From Defluviicoccus sp. (lineage in GTDB: Bacteria > Pseudomonadota > Alphaproteobacteria > MPNO01), in assembly GCA_022826125.1 (NCBI GenBank), contig JAJDVM010000217.1, forward strand, positions 313-64,312: DNA of 64,000 bases. Direction: 5' to 3'. A model generated the notes under the pieces. That model was not told the origin of the DNA, ran no database searches, and was given only the letters and a program-made list of their open reading frames with translations. The translations under genes were made by a program, and so were the position numbers. Below are positions 15,905 to 29,248 of the stretch, one piece after another (the stretch's first letter is position 1; every line of letters begins with the position of its first letter).

Positions 15905-16945
15905 GTGCGAGACCGGCCGACACAGCGGCACCGATCTGCGAGGACGGCGGCGGGCGGACGCCGCCGGGGCCGCACGATCGCCGCCCTCGATCTCGGCACC
16001 AACAACTGCCGGCTGCTGATCGCGCGGCCGAGCGCGGACGGGTTCAGGGTGATCGACGGGTTCTCGCGGATCGTGCGGCTGGGCCAGGGGCTCGAAGCCA
16101 CCGGGGAGCTCTGCGAGACGGCGATCGAGCGCACCGTCGCCGCGCTCGCGGTCTGCGCCGACAAGGTGCGCCGGCACCGGGTCGCCCGCGCCCGCTACGT
16201 CGCCACCGAGGCGGCGCGACGGGCGGCGAATTGCTCCGGGTTCCTCGCGCGGGTGGCGGAGGAGACCGGCATCGAGCTCGACATCATCTCGTCGCGCGAG
16301 GAAGCGAGGCTCACCCTCCAGGGCTGCCTGCCGCTGTTCGATCCGGCGGTGCCCTATGGGCTGATCTTCGATGTCGGCGGCGGCAGCGCCGAGATCGTCT
16401 GGCTCCGGCTCTCGGGCGACGGCGGGCAGGAAATCCTCGGTTGGGTCTCGCTCCCGGTCGGCGTGGTGACGCTGACCGAGCGGCACGGGCCCAACGACTT
16501 TTCCGCCGAGGAGTACGAGGCGACGGTCCGCGAGGTCGCCGCCATGTTGGCGCCGTTCGATACCGAGCACGGCATCCGGCGCCGGATAGACCGGGGCCGC
16601 GTCCAGATGCTGGGGACCGCCGGGACGGTGACCACCATCGCGGGCGTCAGCCTCGGGCTCAAGCGATACGACCGCGCCGTCGTCGACGGCTCCTATCTCG
16701 GCTTCGACGAGATCCGCCGGATCAGCGGCCTGTTGTCGCGCTCGAGCTATGCCGAACGCGCGGCCCATCCGTCGATCGGCAACGGACGGGCGGACCTCGT
16801 GGTCGCCGGCTGCGCGATACTCGAAGCGATCTGCCGCACCTGGCCGGCGGGCCGGCTTCGGGTCGCCGACCGCGGCGTCCGGGAGGGCATCCTGCTCCAG
16901 CTGGCCGCCGAGCTCGGCGGCGGGTCCGCCCGTGGCCGCGCGTGA
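15905..16945 (+). CDS. ppx: Ppx/GppA family exopolyphosphatase
   Basis: AALDLGTNNCRLL, VRLGQG, DVGGGS.E, GVREG. Confidence 0.9.
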   Translation: MRDRPTQRHRSARTAAGGRRRGRTIAALDLGTNNCRLLIARPSADGFRVIDGFSRIVRLGQGLEATGELCETAIERTVAALAVCADKVRRHRVARARYVATEAARRAANCSGFLARVAEETGIELDIISSREEARLTLQGCLPLFDPAVPYGLIFDVGGGSAEIVWLRLSGDGGQEILGWVSLPVGVVTLTERHGPNDFSAEEYEATVREVAAMLAPFDTEHGIRRRIDRGRVQMLGTAGTVTTIAGVSLGLKRYDRAVVDGSYLGFDEIRRISGLLSRSSYAERAAHPSIGNGRADLVVAGCAILEAICRTWPAGRLRVADRGVREGILLQLAAELGGGSARGRA

Positions 16946-17642
16946 CGGGAAACGGGGCGGCAAGCGCGGCAAGCGGGTCGGGCGACGGGGGCCGACCGTC
17001 CGGGTGAAGACGGCCCGGGGGCGCAAGCCCTCGTCCACGCGGTGGCTGCAACGCCAGCTCAACGATCCCTATGTTGCCGCCGCAGCCAGGCACGGCTACC
17101 GCTCGCGTGCCGCCTGGAAGCTGATCGAGATCGACGACAGGTTCGGCCTGCTCGGCGGCGGCGCCGCGGTTCTCGATCTCGGCGCCGCGCCGGGCGGATG
17201 GACCCAGGTCGCCGTGGAGCGCGCCCCGGGAGGCCGCATCGTCGCCCTCGACCGCGTCGAAATGGAGCCGGTCGACGGCGCCGAGATCCGCACCGTCGAT
17301 CTCGACGACGACGCGGCGGCCGACGTGCTGATCGGCGAGCTGGCGGGCGGTATCGACCTCGTCCTGTCCGACATGGCGATCTCCGCCACCGGCCACCGCG
17401 GCACCGACCAGGTGCGCAACCGGCGGCTCGCGGAGCTCGCCTTCGACGTCGCGCGCCGCGTGCTGAAGCCGGGCGGCGAGTTCGTGGTCAAGGCGTTCCA
17501 CGGCGGCGGCGACGCAAGCTTCGTAGCCGGGCTCAAGCGCGCCTTCCGCGAGGTCCGCAGCGTCAAGCCTACCGCCTCGCGCCCCGAGTCCGCCGAGCTC
17601 TACCTCGTCGCCCGCGGGTTCCGGGGCGGGGAGGCGGGCTGA
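16932..17642 (+). CDS. rlmE: 23S rRNA Um2552 methyltransferase RlmE
   Basis: WLQRQLNDPY, GYRSRAAWKL, DLGAAPGGW, VLSDM, SR.ESAE.Y; GTG start inferred. Confidence 0.93.
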   Translation: MAARDGKRGGKRGKRVGRRGPTVRVKTARGRKPSSTRWLQRQLNDPYVAAAARHGYRSRAAWKLIEIDDRFGLLGGGAAVLDLGAAPGGWTQVAVERAPGGRIVALDRVEMEPVDGAEIRTVDLDDDAAADVLIGELAGGIDLVLSDMAISATGHRGTDQVRNRRLAELAFDVARRVLKPGGEFVVKAFHGGGDASFVAGLKRAFREVRSVKPTASRPESAELYLVARGFRGGEAG

Positions 17643-17674
17643 GGTGTTGGAGGGTTCTTCGACTCCGTTTTCTT

Positions 17675-17708
17675 TTGCCACATTGTAACTTATGTTTTAG
17701 TGTTACAA
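17675..17708 (+). promoter_or_regulatory. sigma70 promoter overlapped by palindromic operator TTGTAAC-N12-GTTACAA
   Basis: TTGCCA (17675-17680)-N17-TAGTGT (17698-17703); inverted repeat at 17683-17689 and 17702-17708 in an AT-rich patch. Confidence 0.55.
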
Positions 17709-17746
17709 ACGACGCCCGCATGGGCTCGGGCGAACGAGGCGATGTG

Positions 17747-18248
17747 ATGCCTACGATCCGCATTTCGGACGACTCGATGCGCCGACTGAAGGCATGGGCC
17801 GAGCCGCTGGAAGACACCGCGAACTCGGCGCTTGAGAAGGCTTTGGACGCCGCTGAACGCTATGTTGCGCAAGGTGGGGCGGGAGGGCCCGATCCGGTCC
17901 GGCGATCGCGGCCGGCCGCCAAACGCTTTCTCAAACTTCCGGAGGATGAGTTTTTCGTCCCTCTCCTGGAGACGATCCATGAAATGGGTGGCGCGGCGCA
18001 CGTGCGGGATATACGGCCGGCCATGAAGGAGCGTCTGAAGGCGCGAATGCTTCCGCACGACTTCGAGCGCGTTCCGTCGGGCGAGGAACGGTGGTGGAAC
18101 ACCGCCCACGCGGCGCGGTTCCGCCTGGTCCGGGACGGTCTTCTCCGGAAGGATTCGGGACACGGCGTCTGGGCCTTGTCCGAAGAGGGACGCGGCTTCG
18201 TGGAGGCCCGGCTCGCGAAATCCGGCTCCGGCGAAGGGAATGCACCGG

Positions 18249-18256
<8 letters not shown>
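17747..18256 (+). CDS. Mrr N-terminal (winged-helix) domain protein lacking a nuclease domain
   Basis: [13 protein letters not shown]...RWWNT...[11 protein letters not shown]...GVWALSEEG. Confidence 0.75.
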
Positions 18257-21294
<3,038 letters not shown>

Positions 21295-21301
21295 GGGCGG
21301 C

Positions 21302-21841
21302 GTGACGGAAACGCTCAGACCCGCCCGGCCGAGCGACGCCCCGGCGATCGCGCGGATCTACGTCGCCGGCTGGCAGGACGCCTATCCCGGCCTGCTGCCC
21401 GATCGTCTGCTGGTCGGCATGCGCCGGACGGACGGGCGCGCCGAGCGTTGGGCGGGGACGATCCGCCATCCCGCGCGCGGCGAGAGAATCATGGTCGCGG
21501 AGGCCGGGGACGGGACCGTGATCGGGTTCGCCGGCGGCGGCCCCGCCCGGGCGCGCGGCTTCGCCTACGACGCCGAAATCTACACGCTCTATGTCGACGG
21601 CGATCATCAGGAAGGCGGCGTCGGACGGCGGCTGTTTTCCGGCCTCGCTCTCGATCTCGCCCGCGGGCTGGGGCCGTCCTTGATCGTGTGGGTGCTCGCC
21701 GGCAACCCGGCGCGCTATTTCTACGAGGCGCTGGGCGGTCGCAATGTCGGCCGCCGGGCGGGTTCGCTGGGCGGCGCGGCGATCGAGGAGCTCGCCTTCG
21801 GCTGGCCCGACGCCGCGGTGCTCGCCGCGCCGCACGGCTAG
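21302..21841 (+). CDS. GNAT family N-acetyltransferase
   Basis: EIYTLYV...QEGGVGRRL, WVL..NPARYFYEALGG. Confidence 0.88.
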   Translation: MTETLRPARPSDAPAIARIYVAGWQDAYPGLLPDRLLVGMRRTDGRAERWAGTIRHPARGERIMVAEAGDGTVIGFAGGGPARARGFAYDAEIYTLYVDGDHQEGGVGRRLFSGLALDLARGLGPSLIVWVLAGNPARYFYEALGGRNVGRRAGSLGGAAIEELAFGWPDAAVLAAPHG

Positions 21842-21856
21842 GGGCCGAGGCCCCGA

Positions 21857-23413
21857 ATGGAGCGTTCCGGCGACGCCGTCCTGATCCTCGATTTCGGCTC
21901 CCAGGTCACCCAGCTGATCGCGCGCCGGATCCGCGAGAACGGCGTCTATTGCGAGATCCACCCGTATTTCCACGACGAGGCCGCCATCCGGGAGTTCGGG
22001 CCCAGGGCCGTCGTGCTCTCCGGCGGGCCGGACTCGATCACCCGGACGGATTCGCCCCGGGTTCCCGATATCGTGTTCGATCTCGGGGTGCCGGTTCTCG
22101 GCATCTGTTACGGCCAGCAGGCGATGTGCGCGGCGCTCGGCGGGGCGGTCGACAGCGGCGAGGAGCGCGAGTTCGGCCGCGCGGATCTCACCGTGACGCA
22201 AGAGTGCGCGCTGTTCGACGGCGTCTGGCGTCCGGGCGACAACGCGCAAGTCTGGATGAGCCACGGCGACCGGGTGACCCGGCTGCCCGAGGGATTCGCC
22301 CCCGCGGCGGTCAGCGAAGGCGCGCCCTACGCGGCGATCGCCGACGACGCCCGCGGATATTACGGCGTCCAGTTCCACCCCGAGGTCGTCCACACCCCCG
22401 ACGGCGCGGCGCTGCTCCGGAGCTTTACCCACCGCATCGCCGGCTGCGGCGGGGACTGGACCATGGCCGCCTATCGCGACCGGGCGATCGAGCGGGTGCG
22501 CGCCCAGGTCGGCGACGGCCGCGTCGTCTGCGGGCTCTCCGGCGGCGTCGACAGCGCGGTGACCGCCGTCCTGCTGCACGAGGCGTTGGGAGAGCGGTTC
22601 TTCTGCGTCTACGTCGATACCGGGCTGATGCGCGCCGGCGAGAGCGAGGCGGTGGTCGACCTCTTCCGCGGCCACTACAACATCCCGCTCCGCGCCGTCG
22701 ACGCGCGGGAGCGCTTCCTCGCGGAGCTCGCCAGCGTGACCGACCCGGAGGAGAAGCGCAAGCGCATCGGGTCGGCGTTCATCGACGTCTTCGCGGCCGA
22801 GGCCGAGGCCGCCGGCGGCGCCGAGTTCCTCGCTCAGGGCACGCTCTATCCCGACGTGATCGAGTCGGTCTCCGTGACCGGCGGGCCGAGCGTGGTGATC
22901 AAGTCGCACCACAATGTCGGCGGTCTCCCCGAGCGCATGGACATGGCGCTGGTCGAGCCGCTGCGCGAGCTCTTCAAGGACGAGGTGCGCGAGCTCGGGC
23001 GCACGCTCGGCCTGCCCGAGACGATGATCGGGCGGCATCCGTTCCCGGGTCCCGGTCTCGCGATCCGCATCCCGGGCGAGGTAACCGGGGAAAGTCTCGA
23101 TATTCTCCGCCGCGCCGACGCGATCTATCTCGAGGAGCTGCGGGCGGCCGGGCTCTACGACGAGATCTGGCAGGCCTTCGCGGTTCTCCTGCCGGTCCGC
23201 ACCGTCGGCGTGATGGGCGACGAGCGCAGCTACGACCGGGTCTGCGCGCTCCGCGCCGTGGTCTCCACCGACGGCATGACGGCCGAGAGCTACCCGTTCG
23301 ACCACGCCACGATCGCGCGGATCGGCACCCGGATCGTCAACGAGGTCCGGGGCATCAACCGCGTGGTCTACGACGTGACCTCGAAGCCTCCCGGCACCAT
23401 CGAGTGGGAGTAG
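21857..23413 (+). CDS. guaA: GMP synthase (glutamine-hydrolysing)
   Basis: [36 protein letters not shown]. Confidence 0.97.
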   Translation: MERSGDAVLILDFGSQVTQLIARRIRENGVYCEIHPYFHDEAAIREFGPRAVVLSGGPDSITRTDSPRVPDIVFDLGVPVLGICYGQQAMCAALGGAVDSGEEREFGRADLTVTQECALFDGVWRPGDNAQVWMSHGDRVTRLPEGFAPAAVSEGAPYAAIADDARGYYGVQFHPEVVHTPDGAALLRSFTHRIAGCGGDWTMAAYRDRAIERVRAQVGDGRVVCGLSGGVDSAVTAVLLHEALGERFFCVYVDTGLMRAGESEAVVDLFRGHYNIPLRAVDARERFLAELASVTDPEEKRKRIGSAFIDVFAAEAEAAGGAEFLAQGTLYPDVIESVSVTGGPSVVIKSHHNVGGLPERMDMALVEPLRELFKDEVRELGRTLGLPETMIGRHPFPGPGLAIRIPGEVTGESLDILRRADAIYLEELRAAGLYDEIWQAFAVLLPVRTVGVMGDERSYDRVCALRAVVSTDGMTAESYPFDHATIARIGTRIVNEVRGINRVVYDVTSKPPGTIEWE

Positions 23414-23484
23414 AGGTGTTCCGGACCGGGACAGAACCGGGAAAGCCGGTGGACTGCGTGTAGGCGGGCTGCTAGATTCAACCG

Positions 23485-23916
23485 GTGATGGATCCGGGTC
23501 TCGCCGTTTTCACCGCTTCCGCTACGCTGTTCGTGGCCTTGGCCACGCTGATGCTCGGCCTGTTCGCATGGCTGCGCGCCGACATGCGCCATATGGAGGA
23601 ACGCATGGAAGCCCGCATGAACGAGCGGTTCGACCGGATGAACGGGCGGCTCGAAGGGATGAACGGGCGGCTCGACGGGATGAACGGGCGGCTCGACGGG
23701 ATGGACGAGCGGTTCGACCGGATGGACCAGCGGCTCGACCGGATGGACGAGCGGTTCGATCGAATGGACGAGCGGTTCGATCGAATGGACGAGCGGTTCG
23801 ACCGGATCGAGACACGGCTAGCCGCGGTGGAGCACGGCGAGGCTAAGCTCGAAGGGCTGCTCGAGGGCCTGCGGGAGGCGATTGCCGGACGGGTCCCCCG
23901 CGACGCCGTCCAATAG
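23485..23916 (+). CDS. membrane-anchored heptad-repeat coiled-coil protein
   Basis: N-terminal hydrophobic helix followed by repeats of M(D/N)(E/G/Q)R(F/L)(D/E)(R/G). Confidence 0.75.
   Translation: MMDPGLAVFTASATLFVALATLMLGLFAWLRADMRHMEERMEARMNERFDRMNGRLEGMNGRLDGMNGRLDGMDERFDRMDQRLDRMDERFDRMDERFDRMDERFDRIETRLAAVEHGEAKLEGLLEGLREAIAGRVPRDAVQ
23617..23805 (+). repeat. 21-bp tandem repeat, 9 units (plus one degenerate)
   Basis: Units such as atggacgagcggttcgaccgg and atgaacgggcggctcgacggg. Confidence 0.9.
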
Positions 23917-23939
23917 GCCGGTCGGACGGCCCCGGCGCC

Positions 23940-23982
23940 GCGAGTCCCCCTCCCTCGCCGGGAAGGGGGACGGGGTGAGGGG
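23940..23982. repeat. REP-like palindromic element
   Basis: tccccctccctcgccgggaagggggacggggtgagggg; resembles common alphaproteobacterial intergenic repeats. Confidence 0.45.
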
Positions 23983-24062
23983 CGTCGGCGGGCAGCTCTC
24001 AGCACACGACCGAGACCGTGGCATGCTATAGTCCGGGCAAACCCGATCTGGAGGCCCGAAAG

Positions 24063-24872
24063 ATGATCGTGCAAAGCGCACCCCCGGAAGAGCCGCGTTT
24101 CGTCATCACGATGGCCCAGCACACGACCTTCGCCGGGCGCCTCGCCCGCGCCTTCGGCAACGAGGACTTCGAGTCCGTCGAGCCGCGCGACGTCGTTCTC
24201 TACATCGTCGACCACCACGATGCCGGCTGGGCCGACCTCGACGGGGAAGGGCGGATCGATCCGGCCACCGGCCTGCCCTACAACCTCGTCCAGACGCCGT
24301 TCTCGGAGATCGTCAAGACTTCCGCCGCCTCGCCCGAGTTCAACAGCCGCCGCCACGCCTATTGCGGGCTGTTGTCGAGCATGCACAGCTGGGGCCTCTA
24401 TAACGGCCGCTACGGCATGTCGGACCATGTCCTGCTCGACAAGCTGGCCGCGGAAAACCGCGTGACGGCGGAGGGCATGCTGAACGGCGAGCTCGAACGC
24501 CAGGCCCGCCTCAAGCATGCGCTGGCGGAGAATCCCGACACCGCGGAATGGGTGGACGAGGCGCAGGTGATGCAGAACTACAAGCAGCTGCAGTTCTTCG
24601 ACACCATGGCGCTCTACTTCAACTGCAACGGCGCGGCCGACCGCAAGCCCGAGACCTTCACCCACGTGCCCAAGTCGAGGGACGAGGACGCCACCGTCGC
24701 GCTTACGCCGCGGGACGATATGACCTACGCGCTCGATCCCTACCCGTTCGCCGAGGACGGGCTCGAAGTGTCGTTCGCCGGGCGCTACCTGGCGCCCCTG
24801 CGGGACGCGGCGAATGTCGACCTCGAGGCGATCGACGCGGAGTGGCAGACGGTGCGTCTGGTCGCCGGCTGA
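24063..24872 (+). CDS. DUF3891-like protein (HD-type motif)
   Basis: QH...AG.LA..FGN..F, HHDAGW...D, Y.GLL.SMH; GGAGG RBS. Confidence 0.7.
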   Translation: MIVQSAPPEEPRFVITMAQHTTFAGRLARAFGNEDFESVEPRDVVLYIVDHHDAGWADLDGEGRIDPATGLPYNLVQTPFSEIVKTSAASPEFNSRRHAYCGLLSSMHSWGLYNGRYGMSDHVLLDKLAAENRVTAEGMLNGELERQARLKHALAENPDTAEWVDEAQVMQNYKQLQFFDTMALYFNCNGAADRKPETFTHVPKSRDEDATVALTPRDDMTYALDPYPFAEDGLEVSFAGRYLAPLRDAANVDLEAIDAEWQTVRLVAG

Positions 24873-24878
24873 GGCGCG

Positions 24879-25982
24879 ATGAGCGGCGACATCGAGGCCC
24901 GCAAGAGGCAGCATATCGATACCGTCCTGGGGGAGGACGTCTCCGCCAAGGGGATATCGACGGGCTTCGAGCGGTTCTTCTTCGAGCACGCCGCGCTGCC
25001 GGAGATCGATCTCGACGCGGTCGACCTGTCGACGCGGCTGTTCGGGCGCTCCCTCAGGGCGCCGCTGCTGATCGCGAGCATGACCGGCGGGACCGCCCGG
25101 GCGCGTGACATCAACCGGAACCTCGCCGCCGCCGCCGAGGCTCTGGGCATCGCGATGGGCGTGGGCTCGCAGCGCGCGATGATCGAAGACCCGGCCCTGG
25201 CCGGGTCCTACCGCGTGCGCGACGTCGCTCCGAACATCCTCCTTTTCGCCAATTTCGGCGCCGTTCAGCTCAACGACGGTTACGGCGCCGACGAGGCGCG
25301 GCGCGCCGTCGAGACGATCGGCGCGGACGCGCTGTTCCTCCATTTCAACCCCTTGCAGGAAGCGGTGCAGCCGGGCGGGGATCGCGACTGGTCCGGGCTT
25401 TATCGCAAGGTCGAAGAGCTTGCCGAGTCGCTCGACGTTCCGATCGTCGGCAAGGAGGTCGGCAACGGCATCGGGGCCGAGGCCGCCGCGCGGCTGATCG
25501 GTTGCGGTCTGGCGGCGGTCGACGTGTCGGGCGCCGGGGGCACCAGCTGGAGCGAGGTGGAGGCCTACCGCCAGCCCGATCCCGAGGTCCGGGCCGTGGC
25601 GCACAGCTTCGCCGGGTGGGGGATACCGACCGCGGCCGCCCTGATCGACGTGGTGCGCGCGATTCCCGATAGTCCGGTGTTCGCGAGCGGCGGAATCCGC
25701 GACGGTATCGATGCCGCCAAGGCGATCCGGCTCGGGGCTTCGCTGGCGGGGACCGCGGCCCCGATGCTGGAACACGGCGACGATGCGGCCGAAGCGGCAG
25801 GCAGGCGGATGGGGCGGATGATCGAGGAGCTCAGGATCGCCGCTTTCTGCGTCGGCGCCCGCGATATCGGGGCGCTTCGCCGCGCGGTGCTGCGCAGGAC
25901 CTCGGACTGGGAGCCCGTGCCGGAGATACCGTCCGCCATTTCCGGGGCGGCCGCCATCCCCCGCCGCGCGCTGCGCCGATGA
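24879..25982 (+). CDS. fni: type 2 isopentenyl-diphosphate delta-isomerase (FMN-dependent)
   Basis: RK.QHI, SMTGG, GVGSQR, NPLQEAVQP.GD, KEVG.G, G.GGTSW, SGGIR. Confidence 0.95.
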   Translation: MSGDIEARKRQHIDTVLGEDVSAKGISTGFERFFFEHAALPEIDLDAVDLSTRLFGRSLRAPLLIASMTGGTARARDINRNLAAAAEALGIAMGVGSQRAMIEDPALAGSYRVRDVAPNILLFANFGAVQLNDGYGADEARRAVETIGADALFLHFNPLQEAVQPGGDRDWSGLYRKVEELAESLDVPIVGKEVGNGIGAEAAARLIGCGLAAVDVSGAGGTSWSEVEAYRQPDPEVRAVAHSFAGWGIPTAAALIDVVRAIPDSPVFASGGIRDGIDAAKAIRLGASLAGTAAPMLEHGDDAAEAAGRRMGRMIEELRIAAFCVGARDIGALRRAVLRRTSDWEPVPEIPSAISGAAAIPRRALRR

Positions 25983-26689
25983 ATTCCTCTCCCCCTCCGC
26001 CGCCGGTCCGCGCGCCCGGCGACCCTCTCGCGCGGCCGCGCGACGCGGCGACGCTGATCGTCTACCGGGAGAACGCCGGCGTTCTGGAGGTGCTGATGGG
26101 CGAGCGGCATTCTAGGCACCGGTTCATGCCCAACCGGTTCGTGTTTCCCGGCGGGCGGATCGACGCCCGGGACTCGAGAGTGCGCTGCGCCACCCCCCTC
26201 GCGCCCGGGACGTCGGCGCGGCTGGGTCGGCGGCTCGCCCCCGCGCGGGCGCGCGCGATGGCGGTGGCCGCGATCCGCGAGACCTTCGAAGAGACCGGGC
26301 TGATCATCGGCGGGCCCGATCCCGATCCCCGCCGGCCGCCGCCGCGCGGCTGGGAAGGGTTTTTCGGCGCCGGTTTCGCGCCGGCGCTGGGCGCGCTCTC
26401 CTATGTCGCGCGCGCCGTGACTCCGCCGATCCGCCCGGTCCGGTTCAACGCCCGGTTCTTCGTCGTCGCCCACGACCGCGTGACCGGGGAAGCGCGGGAT
26501 TCCCGCGAGCTCCTGGGGCTGAAATGGTTCACCGTCGAGGAGGCGTTGACGCTGGAGCTCGCCCAGATCACCCGGCGGGTGCTGACCCATTTCGGCGCTT
26601 CCTTCGGGGATGTCGCGGGAACCGAGGACGACGGTCCGGTGCCCTACTTCAAATGGACGCCGACCGGCCACGTCCTGATCGACGAGTGA
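25979..26689 (+). CDS. NUDIX hydrolase
   Basis: RPRDAATL, FVFPGG, AAIRETFEETGL, RF.ARFF. Confidence 0.88.
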   Translation: MNSSPPPPPVRAPGDPLARPRDAATLIVYRENAGVLEVLMGERHSRHRFMPNRFVFPGGRIDARDSRVRCATPLAPGTSARLGRRLAPARARAMAVAAIRETFEETGLIIGGPDPDPRRPPPRGWEGFFGAGFAPALGALSYVARAVTPPIRPVRFNARFFVVAHDRVTGEARDSRELLGLKWFTVEEALTLELAQITRRVLTHFGASFGDVAGTEDDGPVPYFKWTPTGHVLIDE

Positions 26690-26707
26690 GGCGCGCCGCG
26701 CTCCCGG

Positions 26708-27040
26708 TCAGACCAGCCGGAGCGTCGGCTCGAAGAGGTCGAGCACCGCGCCCAGGGACGTACCCCGCCGAAGCCGCCGCGAACCGTCATAGACCATGTA
26801 TTCGGGCTCGCCCCGGTCGCCCGCCGCCACCTTGACGACGGTATAGGCGGGCCGGTCGGAGGCGCGGCGGAAGACCGAGAACATGGCCATTCCGTCGCCC
26901 GCGCCCAGGGCGTAGTCCTTCCATTCGCCCATGGTGACGCGGCTGCTGTAGAGAGTCAGGAGGCGGTTGAGGTCGTGGCGGTCGAAAAAGACAGGGTCGG
27001 GTTTCTGCCGGTAGGCACGAAGGTCGAATAACGTCGCCAT
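26708..27040 (-). CDS. DUF2794-like protein
   Basis: FFDR..L..LL.LY...V..GEWKDYA, A.FSVFRRASD.P.Y. Confidence 0.8.
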   Translation of the reverse strand: MATLFDLRAYRQKPDPVFFDRHDLNRLLTLYSSRVTMGEWKDYALGAGDGMAMFSVFRRASDRPAYTVVKVAAGDRGEPEYMVYDGSRRLRRGTSLGAVLDLFEPTLRLV

Positions 27041-27251
27041 TCTTCCGCCGTCACGCTCCCTCGGGATGACAATTTTGTGACCCTATCTATATCGCTCATT
27101 CGGGCGGTGGCGTCCAGAGCGGGCCGGCGGGATTCGGGCGGCCGGCGCCGCGAATGTTGCGGTTTCCGCCGCGAGGCTGTAATCCCATTGCCCGGCGGAC
27201 CGTGGGCGGTGCCGGCCGCCGATACTGACCGGACCTGGCGGAGGGCCGAGC

Positions 27252-27905
27252 GTGGCCGACATCTTTCGCGAAATCGACGAGGAGTTGCGCCAGGAACGGG
27301 CGGAAAGGCTCTGGCGGCGCTACGGCAAATATGCCATCGGCGGCGCCGTGGCGGTGGTGGTGGCGATTGCCGCCTATACCGGTTGGCAGGAATACCGGAC
27401 CGACCGGCAGCTCGAGGCGGGGGCGAAGTTCGCCGCCGCCAAGGCGCTCGCCGAAGAGGGCAAGACCGGCGACGCGGAAGCCCTGTTCGCCGCGCTCGGG
27501 GCCGAGTCCGGTACCGCCTACGGGGTTCTGGCCCGGTTCCACGCGGCCGCCCTGCGCGCCTCGTCCGGCGACCGGGCGGGCGCGGCGCTCGCCTTTCGCC
27601 AACTTGCCGGGGACGACTCGCTGGACCGGCCGATGCGCGATCTCGCGACCCTGCTCGCGGCGCAGAACGCGCTCGATGCGCCGGGCGCCGACGGGCAGGG
27701 AATCGCCGCCGACATCGAGCCGCTGACCAGGCCGGGCGGCGCGTGGCGTCACCTGGCGCTCGAGACCCTGGGCCTGATCGCGCGAAATGCGGGGGATCCC
27801 GAACGGGCGAAGACATATTTCCAGCAGATCGTCGACGATCCCGGCGCGCCGCCGAACGTTCGCCTGCGCGCCTCCCACCTGCTGAAACTGGTGACCGGCG
27901 CATGA
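27252..27905 (+). CDS. YfgM-like TPR membrane protein
   Basis: DIFREIDEELRQER...LW.RYG plus TM helix; usual position before bamB-der. Confidence 0.85.
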   Translation: MADIFREIDEELRQERAERLWRRYGKYAIGGAVAVVVAIAAYTGWQEYRTDRQLEAGAKFAAAKALAEEGKTGDAEALFAALGAESGTAYGVLARFHAAALRASSGDRAGAALAFRQLAGDDSLDRPMRDLATLLAAQNALDAPGADGQGIAADIEPLTRPGGAWRHLALETLGLIARNAGDPERAKTYFQQIVDDPGAPPNVRLRASHLLKLVTGA

Positions 27906-27925
27906 GGCCGACGGGCGGGGCGCGC

Positions 27926-29248
27926 ATGCGTATGATCCGGCGTCTCGCGGCGGTCGGCGCGCTGCTGCTGACCGCCGGCTGCGGAGGCGGTTTCTTCGGC
28001 GAAGCGGAAGATCCCCCGCTTCCCGGCGAGCGGCTTCCGGTCATCGGCCTCGAAGAGACCCTCGTCCCCGATCCCCGGATCGCCGGTTTGCGCGTGGAGC
28101 TGCCGCCGCCGACGGTCAACGCGAACTGGCCGCAGGCGGGAGGACTCCCGAACCATGCGATGCATCACCTGGCCGCGCCCGGTGAGCTCGACCTCCGCTG
28201 GCGCGTCGACATAGGGCGCGGTTCCGACGGCGACGGACAGCTTCTCGCGCAGCCCGTCGTCGCCAGGGGGCGGGTCTACACGCTCGACGTCGACGCCGAG
28301 CTCCGGGCCTTCGATCTCGACGACGGATCCTTCCTGTGGAATCGCGAGCTCGGGGACGAGACCCGCGAAGAGGGAACGCTCGGGGGCGGCCTCGCGGTGG
28401 GCGAGGGCCGGATCTACGTCACCACCGGGTTCGCCTACGTATTCGCTCTCGACGTCGACACCGGGGAGGAGTTGTGGCGGCGCAGGCTGTCCAACCCGAT
28501 CCGCGCCGCGCCGACCGTCCGCGACGGCCGGGTGTTCGTCGTCACCCTGTCCAACGAGCTCTTCGCGCTCGACGCCGAGTCGGGTCGGGTTCTCTGGTCG
28601 CACGACGAGATCGTCGAGCCGGCGGGGCTGGCCGGCGGCGCATCCCCCGCCGTCGACGGCGGGATCGTCGTGGCGCCGTTCTCTTCCGGGGCGATCGTCG
28701 CCCTGCGCGCGGCCAACGGTAGGGTCGTGTGGTCCGACCGGCTGGTGGCGCTTCGGCGAACCGATCCCGTCTCCAGCCTCGCTCACGTGCGCGGCTTGCC
28801 GGTGATCGACCGCGGCCTCGCGATCGGCGTGAGCAACAGCGGCCGGACGGTGGCGATCGACCTCAGGACGGGGCGCCGGCTGTGGGAGCAGCGGATCGGA
28901 GGAACCAACACCGCCTGGGTGGCGGGCGAGTTCGTCTATCTGGTGTCCAACGACAATCAACTCGCCTGCCTGTCGCGCCGCGACGGAAGGGTGCGCTGGG
29001 TCCGCTCGCTGCCGCGGTTCGAGGACGAGGAGGACAAGACCGGACCCATCGGCTGGTCCGGGCCGGTGCTGGCGAGCGACCGGCTTCTGATCGCCGCCAG
29101 CACCGGCGAAGTACGGTCGGTCTCGCCCTATACCGGGGAGCCGCTCGGCCGCGTCGAAGTGCCGGACGCGGTGTTCATCCCGCCCGCGGTCGCCGGGGAG
29201 ACCGTGTTCCTGCTGACCGAGGACGCGGAACTACTCGCGCTCAGGTGA
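27926..29248 (+). CDS. bamB: BamB-like PQQ-repeat beta-propeller lipoprotein
   Basis: Lipobox LTAGC, LPGER, repeated ALD..TG...W blades; start uncertain (27902/27926/27932). Confidence 0.8.
   Translation: MRMIRRLAAVGALLLTAGCGGGFFGEAEDPPLPGERLPVIGLEETLVPDPRIAGLRVELPPPTVNANWPQAGGLPNHAMHHLAAPGELDLRWRVDIGRGSDGDGQLLAQPVVARGRVYTLDVDAELRAFDLDDGSFLWNRELGDETREEGTLGGGLAVGEGRIYVTTGFAYVFALDVDTGEELWRRRLSNPIRAAPTVRDGRVFVVTLSNELFALDAESGRVLWSHDEIVEPAGLAGGASPAVDGGIVVAPFSSGAIVALRAANGRVVWSDRLVALRRTDPVSSLAHVRGLPVIDRGLAIGVSNSGRTVAIDLRTGRRLWEQRIGGTNTAWVAGEFVYLVSNDNQLACLSRRDGRVRWVRSLPRFEDEEDKTGPIGWSGPVLASDRLLIAASTGEVRSVSPYTGEPLGRVEVPDAVFIPPAVAGETVFLLTEDAELLALR

Noticed and set aside
23617-23826. Possible CRISPR array
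   Set aside because: Repeats are contiguous, in-frame and have no unique spacers; no cas genes in the window.
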